Shown here piece after piece: positions 39,399 through 49,340 of a stretch of 64,000 bases of DNA. Within the stretch, counting starts at the first letter, position 1. The number at the start of each line of letters is the position of its first letter. The DNA is from an uncultured candidate division Zixibacteria bacterium. Its GTDB lineage: Bacteria; Zixibacteria; MSB-5A5; RBG-16-43-9. The stretch is from assembly GCA_963713865.1 (NCBI GenBank), contig OY970208.1, positions 1,440,001 through 1,504,000 on the forward strand, written 5' to 3'. The notes beneath the pieces were generated by a model, which saw nothing but the letters and a program-made list of their open reading frames with translations, was not told where the DNA came from and searched no databases. Position numbers and translations under genes: made by a program.

Positions 39399-42005
39399 AT
39401 GAGGTACAGATTTAAATTAAAAATTTTATTTACTTTATTTTTAATGATTAGCTTTTCTGGTCTATCCCTTTACTCAGTCAAAGCCCGGAACAGGGTTCAG
39501 ACAGATAAGCCGGAAGGCTTATCTACCTTGCAGAAACCTGCCGCATCCCCTTGCAGTCAGCAGAGAACTCACCGGGTAGCAAAATACTGCTTTACCTTGA
39601 CTAACTGGGGTTTCATCGGGAGTGAGCTGGAGCGACGCTATGAATCTCAAGGTGGCTGTTTCAACCCCAATCCTACTGAAAATGTTCTCGCACCTTCATT
39701 TGAATTTCCCTGTGGAACCCAACTAGAGTATCTGTTTCAGGGAGCATTATGGATAGGTGCGATAGTAGAGGGAGAGACTTTGGTAACCGTGGGAGCAGAT
39801 GGCTGGCTGGCAACTAACGAGATGTATCCGGACTTCTCTCCTGACGGTTGTATAAAGGAAAAAACCACCCGTCTGGCCACCCCCAACTGTAATCCAACCC
39901 CTGCGGAGATGTTGGATGGGGCTGTTTCGGAACAGGATATCATCGCAGTTTATTATGATACCTTAACGGAAGGTGTAGACCAAGATGAATATGATCAAAG
40001 GCCTCATAAGCCTCTGGGGATAAAGGTCACCCAGAAAAGTTATAGCTGGAGCTATGACTATGCGGAGGACTTCGTTCTGATCGACTTCGATATTGCCAAC
40101 ATAAATAAAAGTAAAGAGATAAGGAATCTATATATCGGTCTGTATATTGATGCAGATGTGGGTTCTATGGACGACAATGACGCTTTTACTGATGATATCA
40201 CCGGCTTCAGGTCCACTTATCTCTCCCCGCTTTGGCCGGATACTAATTTCTACCAGGATACTATTAATATCGGCTATATTGCGGATAACGATGGGGGTTT
40301 AAGTAAGGGAAGGCGGTCGAGAGAGGGGTACCCGACCAGTGTTACTGGGGTGAGGGTGGTTCGAGCACCTACGCCCAATACCATCTTTAACTGGTGGATG
40401 TCCCAGTCAGATGTTACCTTAGACTGGGGACCCCAGAAAAAGGCTAATTGGGAGGCCTATCTAAAAAAATACGGCGATTGGTGTAATGGTGCGAAGGGGA
40501 CGCCCTGTGGTGATCGGGCTAAATATTTTGTAATGTCTAATGGGGAACATGATTATGACCAGATTTACACTTGTGTTGATAAGCAGGCTGAGGGCTGGGA
40601 ACCGCCGCCCACTAATTGTGTGGATATGGCTAATGGTTATGATACCCGTTATCTATTCTCTTTTGGTCCGATTGAGCTTTTGAAGCCGGGGGAATCTAAG
40701 AAGGTTACTGTGGGGTATGTAGCCGGTGAGAATTTTCACTACAAGGATAATCCCATAGAAACAAGCAACCCCCAAACTTTTTACAATAACCTGGATTTTA
40801 GTGATTTTGCTAATAATGCTCGTTGGTCAGGCTGGGTATATGATAATCTTGGGGTTGATACAGATGGCGACGGTTATGTGGGGAAGTGCGCCAGGGATAC
40901 GGTTGCTGATACCTGTCTTTTCTATTATGAGGGAGATGGGATACCAGATTTTAAGGGTCCGCCGCCGCCCATTCCACCAGATTTAAAATTTGAGACCAGT
41001 CAGGGTAATATAAAGGTGATCTGGAATGGTAAAAATACAGAAGAGGGGAAGGATCATTTTACAGAGACTAAAGATTTTGAGGGTTACAGGATATATATGA
41101 GCTATACAGGGTTGGCAAACGACTGGATACTTTTATCTTCCTATGATTTCGAAGATTATAATATGTGGAGGTTAAAACCCAAGGCGGGCGGGTATGATAC
41201 GATCTGGTTAGATGAAAAACTCAAACCTGAAAATCTAATTGAGTGTTTTGGGGATAGTCTTGGGGATACGCTTTTGAGTGTTTTGAGAAAAAATCCTGAT
41301 TATTATAACACGAATAATCCCTTTGTTTATCCTGGTCCGGATACATTGAAATACAACTGGTATAAGATAGCTCCAATGGATAAGCTGTTCTTTGGTCTGC
41401 AGGACTGGAATAATGATTTGAAGGGATTGAGGGATTACGATTCCGCTACGGTGGCTTACGCTGATAGTGTGGATAATGGCTTAATTCCTCCTTCAGATAC
41501 CATAAGGGATGTCTACTATAATTGTAAATTTTCCATACCGGCTGCTCGACCTTACAGTTTCCCGATCTGGGTTTCAGTAGTCGCTTTTGATGCTGGCAAT
41601 GCTAAGACCAAATTAGGACCTTTACAGTCATCCAAAGGGGTAACCGCTAAGATGGTCTTTCCAATGGATTCTCCGGAGGAAGCTCACCAGAAAGGCACGA
41701 AGGTAGCAGTGGTGCCTAATCCGTTTAAGATCTCTGACAATTATGTATTCCCGGAAGGTCGTCAGACTGGAACAAGCTCATCAGAGATGCGGATATTTTT
41801 CCATTACCTGCCTACTGAATGCACCTTAAGGATATTTACCTTAGATGGGGACCTGGTTCTTGAGACACAATATAAAGGTGAGGATGGGATCTATTCCTGG
41901 AATTTGTTAAACCGGAACAATCAGTTTGTAGTCTCGGGGATTTATCTTTATAGCGTTGAATCGAAATGGGGAAATGAGTTAGGTAAATTTGTTATTATCA
42001 AATAG
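39399..42005 (+). CDS. Large secreted protein with T9SS-type C-terminal domain (alternative start 39360)
   Basis: Signal peptide; YLFQGALWIGA, DFEGYRIY; CTD VVPNPF...IFTLDGDLV...SGIYLYSVES...GKFVIIK; GAGGAGG RBS before 39399. Confidence 0.8.
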   Translation: MRYRFKLKILFTLFLMISFSGLSLYSVKARNRVQTDKPEGLSTLQKPAASPCSQQRTHRVAKYCFTLTNWGFIGSELERRYESQGGCFNPNPTENVLAPSFEFPCGTQLEYLFQGALWIGAIVEGETLVTVGADGWLATNEMYPDFSPDGCIKEKTTRLATPNCNPTPAEMLDGAVSEQDIIAVYYDTLTEGVDQDEYDQRPHKPLGIKVTQKSYSWSYDYAEDFVLIDFDIANINKSKEIRNLYIGLYIDADVGSMDDNDAFTDDITGFRSTYLSPLWPDTNFYQDTINIGYIADNDGGLSKGRRSREGYPTSVTGVRVVRAPTPNTIFNWWMSQSDVTLDWGPQKKANWEAYLKKYGDWCNGAKGTPCGDRAKYFVMSNGEHDYDQIYTCVDKQAEGWEPPPTNCVDMANGYDTRYLFSFGPIELLKPGESKKVTVGYVAGENFHYKDNPIETSNPQTFYNNLDFSDFANNARWSGWVYDNLGVDTDGDGYVGKCARDTVADTCLFYYEGDGIPDFKGPPPPIPPDLKFETSQGNIKVIWNGKNTEEGKDHFTETKDFEGYRIYMSYTGLANDWILLSSYDFEDYNMWRLKPKAGGYDTIWLDEKLKPENLIECFGDSLGDTLLSVLRKNPDYYNTNNPFVYPGPDTLKYNWYKIAPMDKLFFGLQDWNNDLKGLRDYDSATVAYADSVDNGLIPPSDTIRDVYYNCKFSIPAARPYSFPIWVSVVAFDAGNAKTKLGPLQSSKGVTAKMVFPMDSPEEAHQKGTKVAVVPNPFKISDNYVFPEGRQTGTSSSEMRIFFHYLPTECTLRIFTLDGDLVLETQYKGEDGIYSWNLLNRNNQFVVSGIYLYSVESKWGNELGKFVIIK

Positions 42006-42035
42006 CTTAGCCAAGCTAAAGGAGAGGAGTTAGAT

Positions 42036-42968
42036 ATGAGAAGATTACCTATTATAATTTTGATGCTTTTCATCCTCCCGTCTTTGGCCTGGGGACAGAG
42101 GAAAACCGGAACAGCAGGTGCCCAGTTTTTAGAGTTAGGAGTCTCAGCTCGAGCTGCGGGGATGGGGGAAGCTTTTTTGGCTGTGGCAGATGATGCCTCT
42201 GCACTTTATTATAATCCTTCAGGCTTAACTCAAATAGGTCAGAAAGAGCTCGTACTGAGTCATGTGGATTATATTGCCGGGATCACTTACGATTTCGGAG
42301 GTATATCTATCCCTACCAGTAGATTAGGAGGGGTGGTAGGTTTAGGGATTTATTTTTTGAATTCCGGGGATATTCCAAATATAACTACTAGCACCACGGA
42401 TCCGTCGAAGCCAGATCAAACTTACCAGGCAAAAGAATATGCACTTGCCCTAACCTACGCCCGAAGCTTGACTGACCGTTTCTCTATTGGGACCACCTTG
42501 AAATTTATAGATGAGCTCTACGAGGAGGAACGCGCTAATGGTTGGGCTGTAGATATCGGCACTATGTATAAGACCGACTTTAAGAATTTCAGAATCGGCG
42601 TGATGATGAGTAACTTTGGGTCCGATCTCAAATTCATTAAGGAAGCATATCCTTTACCAATTAATTTTAAATTCGGCATTTCGATGGAGCCTGTTACTTT
42701 CGGAGAACACAAGGCTGTGATCGGTTTAGAACTTTGCCATCCCAGTGATAATTTGGAGAAGTTCAATTCCGGGGTGGAATATTGGTACCGGGATATTCTG
42801 GCCCTGAGGGTAGGAAATCAGTTTGGATACGATTCCGGGGATTTTAGCTTTGGAGCAGGTGTGAAGTTACCCTTTTATAACAAGACCAAGCTGAGAGTGG
42901 ATTATGGTTATCACGATTTCGGATTTTTGAGCGAGGTGCATAGAGTTACTCTAAATCTTAGTTTTTAA
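42036..42968 (+). CDS. PorV/PorQ family outer-membrane protein
   Basis: GTAGAQFLELGVSARAAGMGEAF..ADDASALYYNPSGL; beta-barrel ending in Phe. Confidence 0.85.
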   Translation: MRRLPIIILMLFILPSLAWGQRKTGTAGAQFLELGVSARAAGMGEAFLAVADDASALYYNPSGLTQIGQKELVLSHVDYIAGITYDFGGISIPTSRLGGVVGLGIYFLNSGDIPNITTSTTDPSKPDQTYQAKEYALALTYARSLTDRFSIGTTLKFIDELYEEERANGWAVDIGTMYKTDFKNFRIGVMMSNFGSDLKFIKEAYPLPINFKFGISMEPVTFGEHKAVIGLELCHPSDNLEKFNSGVEYWYRDILALRVGNQFGYDSGDFSFGAGVKLPFYNKTKLRVDYGYHDFGFLSEVHRVTLNLSF

Positions 42969-43004
42969 TTGAGCCCTTAACATTTTAAAAAGGAGTTTAT
43001 CAAG

Positions 43005-44924
43005 ATGAAGAGATGGACGGGTTTAACCTTTTTGCTTCTGGTTTTCTTGTTTTTCTCTGCTTGTAGTAAGCTTAGTAAAAAGGGGACTGCTCCCTCAAAC
43101 GTACCCCCAGAGGTCTTTATAGTTAATATTCCTACAGATTCAACCCAGTTTAGTAGCCTGGATACGCTCTACTGGTACGGATTTGATCAGGATGGGTATA
43201 TCACTAATTATCAATATCTGGTAATCGAGGATACGGTAATTGTTGATACGGTAACTCACGATACGATCATTACTATACCTAAAGATTCTGATGGATATAT
43301 TTTGTCTTCTTTTGTACAAACGATAGAAAGTATGAGTCCTGAAAATTGGAATGATAGTTACTTATCTAGTACCTTAAAGATAGATAGATCTTATATCCAT
43401 GCGGTCGATTCAGCCGGAACCTTTGATAAAGTTATGTTTTTCGCCTCTCCGGATACCTCGGCGGTTGTTCCTCAGTATTTCTTCGTAAGAGCTGTGGATA
43501 ATGAGGGGGCTGTTTCCAAGATCTGGAAACCTGATTCAGAAAAAGGAAGTAATTTTCGATTCTTTAAAAGAACTAATACTCCACCGAATACTTCAATTAA
43601 ATATGATACTACAATAGTCGAGTATTGTTTACCTGAGACGACAATTGATTGGGGAGGAATAAGGATCGGCTGGTCCGGCATTGACCCGGATTATAAGAAA
43701 AATCCTCCCTTGACCTATTCTTGGAAGCTTTATGGTCCGTATGCCTCAAAACCTCCGAAAGATATAGATACAACCAAAGATCTCTACTACTACTCCTGGG
43801 ATGGCATCACTAACTCTCCTTGGGTGGATAGCACTTCCCGGCTTTTAGTCAATCTGATTAATGGTTCAGTTGGGGGGGAAGATATAGGCTATGGCTGGTA
43901 TCAGTTCAGGGTCCAGGCAAGGGATGATGCCTTTGTGCCTGACCCGACTCCTGCGATTGCTACATTCAAGATCATAAAACCACCTTTCCTCTTTTCAAAG
44001 TATGACGAGAAAAGTGTGCTTTTAGTGGATGTTACAAACGGCGGAGGATTATATTATCCACATAGAGATTCATTGCGGGCGTTCTATATGGGATTCCTGC
44101 AAGAGCTCGAAGACTCAACTATAATTCAAAGATTTTCTTTTACCACGCTAAATCCTCCTCCGGAAACTCTTCTCTCTCAGTATAAATTAGTTATTTACAT
44201 AAATGAGGGCAGATTTTCTGCAATCCAGGGAAGGTATAATTTTCCTTCAACCGAGAGAGACACCGGCTTCATTCAGATTGAAAGATATCTCAGAGTAGGT
44301 GGTAGGGTCTGGATGATCGGGTATAATAACTTCGGGTTATTAGATGATCTGTGTAACCCTCAGTATATGCCCATCGTACCCGGAAACCAGAGCTATGGTT
44401 ATACAGAAACAGCAGTAAGAGTGGCTAACTATTTCTTTGGAGTAGTTGGATATTTTAATCCAGCTATGGGAGGATGCATTGATAGAACTGAGGAGATGAT
44501 TGCAGCTGAACCATATGAAACTCACCCTGAGCTACCGCTATTAGAAGTTGACAGTGTGAAATTAAAAGTTCTTCCCGGTGCTACTGACAACGGCTATTTC
44601 TATGGCATTCAGACATCAGGTGTGTCCTTAAAAGGAATTCCCAGGGCTGGTTTTGAGAGGATCTGGAATTCTAATTATAATGAACGGCTTTATACCTTTA
44701 TATCTTACAAAGGCACAGCCTCACAGTTACACGGAACGGCTTGCGCCTCCAGAGCCTATAGCCTTAATCCCTTGACCTATTATGACGAAAACGGACAACC
44801 CATCTTACAGTGGCGAACTGCAGAGTTCTGCTTCCCGGCTTTTGCTATGAAAAAGGAACCGATGCAAAGAATGATGGAAAAGATGGTGAGATGGTTTTTA
44901 GATGAACAGCCCTATCTTCCTTGA
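43005..44924 (+). CDS. Lipoprotein of unknown function
   Basis: Lipobox FSAC; W.G.D.DG, FFVRAVDNEG and FRVQARD..PDPTPA Ig/FnIII-like motifs. Confidence 0.75.
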   Translation: MKRWTGLTFLLLVFLFFSACSKLSKKGTAPSNVPPEVFIVNIPTDSTQFSSLDTLYWYGFDQDGYITNYQYLVIEDTVIVDTVTHDTIITIPKDSDGYILSSFVQTIESMSPENWNDSYLSSTLKIDRSYIHAVDSAGTFDKVMFFASPDTSAVVPQYFFVRAVDNEGAVSKIWKPDSEKGSNFRFFKRTNTPPNTSIKYDTTIVEYCLPETTIDWGGIRIGWSGIDPDYKKNPPLTYSWKLYGPYASKPPKDIDTTKDLYYYSWDGITNSPWVDSTSRLLVNLINGSVGGEDIGYGWYQFRVQARDDAFVPDPTPAIATFKIIKPPFLFSKYDEKSVLLVDVTNGGGLYYPHRDSLRAFYMGFLQELEDSTIIQRFSFTTLNPPPETLLSQYKLVIYINEGRFSAIQGRYNFPSTERDTGFIQIERYLRVGGRVWMIGYNNFGLLDDLCNPQYMPIVPGNQSYGYTETAVRVANYFFGVVGYFNPAMGGCIDRTEEMIAAEPYETHPELPLLEVDSVKLKVLPGATDNGYFYGIQTSGVSLKGIPRAGFERIWNSNYNERLYTFISYKGTASQLHGTACASRAYSLNPLTYYDENGQPILQWRTAEFCFPAFAMKKEPMQRMMEKMVRWFLDEQPYLP

Positions 44925-44955
44925 TTTGTTTTGAAAAGTAGTTCCTTTTTTTCTT

Positions 44956-44987
44956 AAAAGAGACCAGGTTTTATCCTGGTCTCTTTT
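44956..44987. terminator. Bidirectional intrinsic terminator
   Basis: AAAAGAGACCAGG-TTTTAT-CCTGGTCTCTTTT between convergent genes. Confidence 0.85.
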
Positions 44988-47293
44988 TATTTAGAGGGAT
45001 GGAGTGAAAGAAGTGAATCGACCAATCTGAGCTTCTCCTGGGCGAGTTTTAATTCAGGCAAAAGTTTTAAAGCTAACTGGAACTCCTGTTTTGCAAAAGT
45101 AAGATTACCTGACTTAGCAAAAACCAGGCCTAAATTGTAATGATAGGTTGGGTGATCCGAATTGAGTTCTGTAGCCTCCTGTAATTCCCTAATTGCTAAC
45201 TGGTATTCTTTATTCAGGTCATACAGGTTACCTAAAGTGGCATGAGCTTCAGCAAAATCGGGTTTGAGCTCGATAGACCGGAGTAAGCTTTGCTGTGCCA
45301 GATCAATTTCTTTCTTTTGTAGATAGATTAATGCAGAGTTGTAAGCCGCATAGGCTTTTAATCCGCTCATCCCTTCTCGAGCTGGATCATCCTTTGAAAA
45401 GATAAGACCTAAATTATAATCTAAGTTCTCAGATTTGCTCTTTTCACTTAAAAGTAGCTCATATTCCCGCAGGGCTTCATCTGGTTTTCCTTGTTTTTGA
45501 TAAATCATCCCCAGATAGAATCTTAAACTCGTAGAGAAAGGATAGATGGTTGTGGCGGCATTCAGTGTGCTTTCTGCTAAAGGAAAATTTTCTTCTTTCA
45601 GAAAGGCTAAGGATAGGTTTATATAAGCTTCCGGGTAATAGGGTTTTATTTTTAAAGCTTCCTTTACTTGTTCTACGGCAGAAGGATAATCACCCTTGAT
45701 CCGGTATAGCACCGAAAGGTTATTATAAGCTTTTTCCTGTCCGGGGTGAAGCTTTAACTCCTCAAGGAATTCATCTTCTGTACGGGAGTAGTTTCGCTCG
45801 CGAAAATAGATATTCCCTAAATTAAGATGAGCTCTCCTTAAATCAGGGTCTTCTTTGAGAGCTAAAAGATATTGTTCTTTCGCCTTTTGAAGCTCACCTT
45901 TCTTAAGATAAAGATTCCCTAGACTGTAATAGGCTTGAGCGAAATTTGTTTTGCTTAGGTTATAAAAATTTGAATTGGTTAATAAAAAGAATAAAAGGAA
46001 AAGGATTGAACTCAAAAAGAGTTTTTTAAAAGAGCCTCTTCGGATAAATTCATAAAGTTGGATTATAGCAAAAGAGGAAAAGATGATCAAAAAGGGTAAA
46101 ACCGGTAGGCGAAATCGAGAGCTGACAAAAAAGAGTAGAACCGAAAAAGAGTAGAAGAGAATAAAACTCAAAGGTAGAAAATATCTTTTCCAGCTCTTCA
46201 GGCTGAGGGCAATTCCTACAAGGCTCAATGGTCCTATTAGCCAGAAACCTAAGGGAAGTATACGGATTAGAGATGAGTATCTTCTGAAGAAATATATATC
46301 CTGGTTATTGCTGATCTCAAAGGAATTCCAGAAAAGGTATAATTTTTTAATGAACAAAGATAAAAATTTAGCCGGGGAATGAGTTGCGAAATCTATCCCT
46401 TTTTTAAAATAATAATCCGAAACCTCAGATGGTTGGGGGAGTTTATTGGTAGCCTTCTGCACTTCGTAAACTGCATCCTGATATTCCCAGTCGTCTCCAT
46501 AAGGGGGGAGAAAAGCGCTGGTTCCATCAGCTTCCGGGTTGTTCCCGATATAGAAGTTTATCCCTCCCTGAGAGGAGATCAAAACGAAATCTTTTCCAAC
46601 TAAATAGTTTCTTAAAGTTACAGGAAGGATAAGAAGAACAAGGCCTAAGAGGAAAAATAATGAGTAAACGAGCTTTTTCTTCAAATTGAATTTTAAAAAT
46701 AAGAATATCCAAATCAGGACAAAAGGGATGAAAATCAAGATGTTCGGTCGGGTGATAGCGAAAAGGCCTGAGACTAAACCTGCCGCGAAGAATCCGGAGT
46801 TTTTAGGGTTTTCTTCCGCCCGGTGTAAAAGCAAGATTAACAAAACCCCGAAGAAAACTAACAGGAAATCCAGCAGAAGCTCATCTTCATAGTAAATGGA
46901 GATTCCATAGATGGCTGCAAAGAAAGCTGAGAGACAGGCTACTCTACGATTGAAGAGTTTTCTGGATAGAAAATAGATTAGTAGCACCGAGAAAGAGCCG
47001 ATCAGATGCTGGAACAACCTGGGGATAAAATAGTTATGGCCAAAGAGTTTATAGATTATCCCCAAGAAATAAGGATAAAAGGGTGCCCGGAAAAAAACCT
47101 GGTCCCCAATCCAGTTGCCCCGGGCAATGGATTGTGCCCAGAGGTCGTGATATAACGGGTCCATTGTGAGTGAATAAAAATTGGGACTGGACTTGATCTG
47201 TAATAAATAGATCAAACGCAAGATGAAGCTGAAGATGAAAATCCCCCAGAGAAAATATCGCTCTTTTTTCTCTTGAACAATTTTTGAGCTCAC
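44987..47293 (-). CDS. GT39/PMT-like membrane glycosyltransferase with C-terminal TPR repeats
   Basis: DPLYHD.WA, FFRAPFYPYFL, RPNIL, GGINFYIGNN, RFRLP, then multiple TPRs. GTG 47293 is preferred because the longer ORF start crosses a REP and a promoter. Confidence 0.85.
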   Translation of the reverse strand: MSSKIVQEKKERYFLWGIFIFSFILRLIYLLQIKSSPNFYSLTMDPLYHDLWAQSIARGNWIGDQVFFRAPFYPYFLGIIYKLFGHNYFIPRLFQHLIGSFSVLLIYFLSRKLFNRRVACLSAFFAAIYGISIYYEDELLLDFLLVFFGVLLILLLHRAEENPKNSGFFAAGLVSGLFAITRPNILIFIPFVLIWIFLFLKFNLKKKLVYSLFFLLGLVLLILPVTLRNYLVGKDFVLISSQGGINFYIGNNPEADGTSAFLPPYGDDWEYQDAVYEVQKATNKLPQPSEVSDYYFKKGIDFATHSPAKFLSLFIKKLYLFWNSFEISNNQDIYFFRRYSSLIRILPLGFWLIGPLSLVGIALSLKSWKRYFLPLSFILFYSFSVLLFFVSSRFRLPVLPFLIIFSSFAIIQLYEFIRRGSFKKLFLSSILFLLFFLLTNSNFYNLSKTNFAQAYYSLGNLYLKKGELQKAKEQYLLALKEDPDLRRAHLNLGNIYFRERNYSRTEDEFLEELKLHPGQEKAYNNLSVLYRIKGDYPSAVEQVKEALKIKPYYPEAYINLSLAFLKEENFPLAESTLNAATTIYPFSTSLRFYLGMIYQKQGKPDEALREYELLLSEKSKSENLDYNLGLIFSKDDPAREGMSGLKAYAAYNSALIYLQKKEIDLAQQSLLRSIELKPDFAEAHATLGNLYDLNKEYQLAIRELQEATELNSDHPTYHYNLGLVFAKSGNLTFAKQEFQLALKLLPELKLAQEKLRLVDSLLSLHPSK

Positions 47294-47299
47294 AGTGGA

Positions 47300-47328
47300 A
47301 ATATATCCTGGCTTCAAGGATTTGTCAA
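47300..47328 (-). promoter_or_regulatory. sigma70 promoter giving a probable leaderless transcript
   Basis: TTGACA (47328-47323), 17 nt, TATATT (47305-47300), 6 nt, GTG. Confidence 0.65.
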
Positions 47329-47532
47329 CATAATCGAGTGAAAGCTCTTTTGTCTTTTGTAGGGAGGGGTTCATCCCCTCCCGTTTTTGGCTATGATTTT
47401 TTGTATTTTTAAACTTCCACACGCGGAGTTTGATGTTGTTTTTGTAAATATTTTAAGATTATACTCCAACTCCTCCTCTCCTCAAGCGTAATTCTTTTAA
47501 CAAGAGAACTTTAAAAGGAAAGTCGAAAAGCT

Positions 47533-48264
47533 ATGAAAAAAATATTATACCTTATTCCAATTCTTATTTCTATAATTTATTTTTCCTTAGCTTCTGGAGA
47601 AAAAAAGCCGGTTAAAGGTCCCAAGCTCTTTTTACCGGAAAAAGAGTGGGATTTCGGCTATATCCCTCAGAATTCAACCGTTTCTCATTTTTTCAAAATC
47701 AAGAATATCGGGGATGATACTCTGCTTATCGTAAAGGTTAGACCTGGTTGTGCTTGCACCTTTGCTCCCTTGAAAAAAGACCTCTTAGCACCACAGGAGA
47801 GTACCTCTCTGGAGGTTGTTTTTAATTCCAAAAACTATCAGGGTCTAAAATCTATGGCTGTGGCTATCTTTTCGACTGACACTTCAAATATCTCGGATAT
47901 CAATTTCACTGCCAATATAGAAAATGAATTTCCTCTTATTCAGGTCGAGCCGTTACAGGTTAAGTTCGACTCTTTGAGAATAGAAAAATCAAATCCGAAA
48001 AAAGTAACCATCTCGAACAAATCCAATTTTCCTCTTCAGATGTTGGTAGTTGAAAAACCCAGAGATTTTATCGATTTTCAACTCTCCAAAAGCAGCTTAA
48101 ACCCAAAAGAGAAGGTTGAGATTTTATTCCAGATTGATCCTAAAGCTATTCCCGGACCTTTCAAAACCAATCTGACACTTGATTTCTCCAATGGTTCAAC
48201 TGTTCAAAGTTCAGAGAAAATGAGATATACCCTGCCGATTAGCGGAATCATTATATCCAAATAG
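47533..48264 (+). CDS. DUF1573 domain protein (Ig-like, secreted)
   Basis: WDFGYI...HFFKIKNIGDDTL.I..V.PGCACT motif; signal peptide. Confidence 0.8.
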   Translation: MKKILYLIPILISIIYFSLASGEKKPVKGPKLFLPEKEWDFGYIPQNSTVSHFFKIKNIGDDTLLIVKVRPGCACTFAPLKKDLLAPQESTSLEVVFNSKNYQGLKSMAVAIFSTDTSNISDINFTANIENEFPLIQVEPLQVKFDSLRIEKSNPKKVTISNKSNFPLQMLVVEKPRDFIDFQLSKSSLNPKEKVEILFQIDPKAIPGPFKTNLTLDFSNGSTVQSSEKMRYTLPISGIIISK

Positions 48265-48780
48265 ATGAGCTCAAATAGAAGTATTCTTAAGATTATTTTC
48301 CAGGCAGTTTTAATCGTTGTTTTCTCCCTTTTTATAGGAGTGATATATAATATCTTCTCAGGGGGAGGTATCTCTATTAAAGGAAGCTGGAGCAAAAAAG
48401 TGTTTTCGGATAGTCTGGTCGTTCCCTATTCATATGATAATGCTGACCCTTCAGCTATAACCTTAACCCAGGCCATGACCTATTTCCAAACTCACAACAC
48501 CATTTTTTTAGATGCCAGATTGGAGGGAGATTACAAAGCTGGTCATATCCCCAAGGCTTTGAATCTGCCCTTTGAGGAATTTGAACAGTACTATCCTGAG
48601 ACGGAGCCTCTATTGTCCAGGGGGGAAAATATAATTACTTATTGTGACGGGACCGAATGTGAAGCCAGTCTATTTCTGGCTCGCATATTAAAAGAAAGAG
48701 GTTTTAAAAACTTAAAGATTTTTTTTGGTGGATGGACTGAATGGAATAAAGCCGGACTCCCGGTGGAAAAATCCTTATAG
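48265..48780 (+). CDS. Membrane-anchored rhodanese-like protein
   Basis: FLDAR...YKAGHIPKALNLP, ITYCDGTEC, GGWTEW. Confidence 0.9.
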   Translation: MSSNRSILKIIFQAVLIVVFSLFIGVIYNIFSGGGISIKGSWSKKVFSDSLVVPYSYDNADPSAITLTQAMTYFQTHNTIFLDARLEGDYKAGHIPKALNLPFEEFEQYYPETEPLLSRGENIITYCDGTECEASLFLARILKERGFKNLKIFFGGWTEWNKAGLPVEKSL

Positions 48781-48786
48781 CATTAT

Positions 48787-49245
48787 ATGAAAAAAATAGT
48801 TAGTAGTCAATGGCTGGTTTTGCTTTTCAGATTAATGGTTGGAATAACCTTTGTTTATGCTAGCCTGGATAAGATCGCTCATCCGGATGAATTTGCCCGG
48901 GCTGTGTATAATTATAGAATTTTACCAGGTTTTCTAATTAATATTTTTGCCATCACCTTGCCCTGGATAGAGTTTTTCTGCGGGCTTTTTCTGATATTGG
49001 GACTTTTTATTGAGAACGCTTCCCTTTTAATTTTGTTCCTTTCATTCGTCTTCGCCCTTGCCCTTTCGCTGAATTTCCTGCGAGGGATAGATATCGCATG
49101 CGGTTGTTTTACCACTGACCCCAATGCTAAGAAAGTAGGGACGATGCATTTGATTCAAGACATTTTTTTACTTTTAATGAGCATACAGATCTTTCTATAC
49201 AATCGCAATTTTCTAAGCCTGCAAAAACTTTTTCAGAAAAAATAG
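48787..49245 (+). CDS. MauE/DoxX family membrane protein
   Basis: ASLDKI.HP..F...V.NY, LPWIE, RGIDIACGCF. Confidence 0.88.
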   Translation: MKKIVSSQWLVLLFRLMVGITFVYASLDKIAHPDEFARAVYNYRILPGFLINIFAITLPWIEFFCGLFLILGLFIENASLLILFLSFVFALALSLNFLRGIDIACGCFTTDPNAKKVGTMHLIQDIFLLLMSIQIFLYNRNFLSLQKLFQKK

Positions 49246-49248
49246 AGT

Positions 49249-49275
49249 GTAGGGGCGAGGTAACCTCGCCCCTAC
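49249..49275. repeat. Perfect GTAG REP palindrome
   Basis: GTAGGGGCGAGG-TAA-CCTCGCCCCTAC; same family as 5992-6055. Confidence 0.85.
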
Positions 49276-49340
49276 AGAAGTATTTAGCTATTCTGAAAAT
49301 TAGCAGAGGCACAGTATGATCTGTCATGTAACTAAGCACT

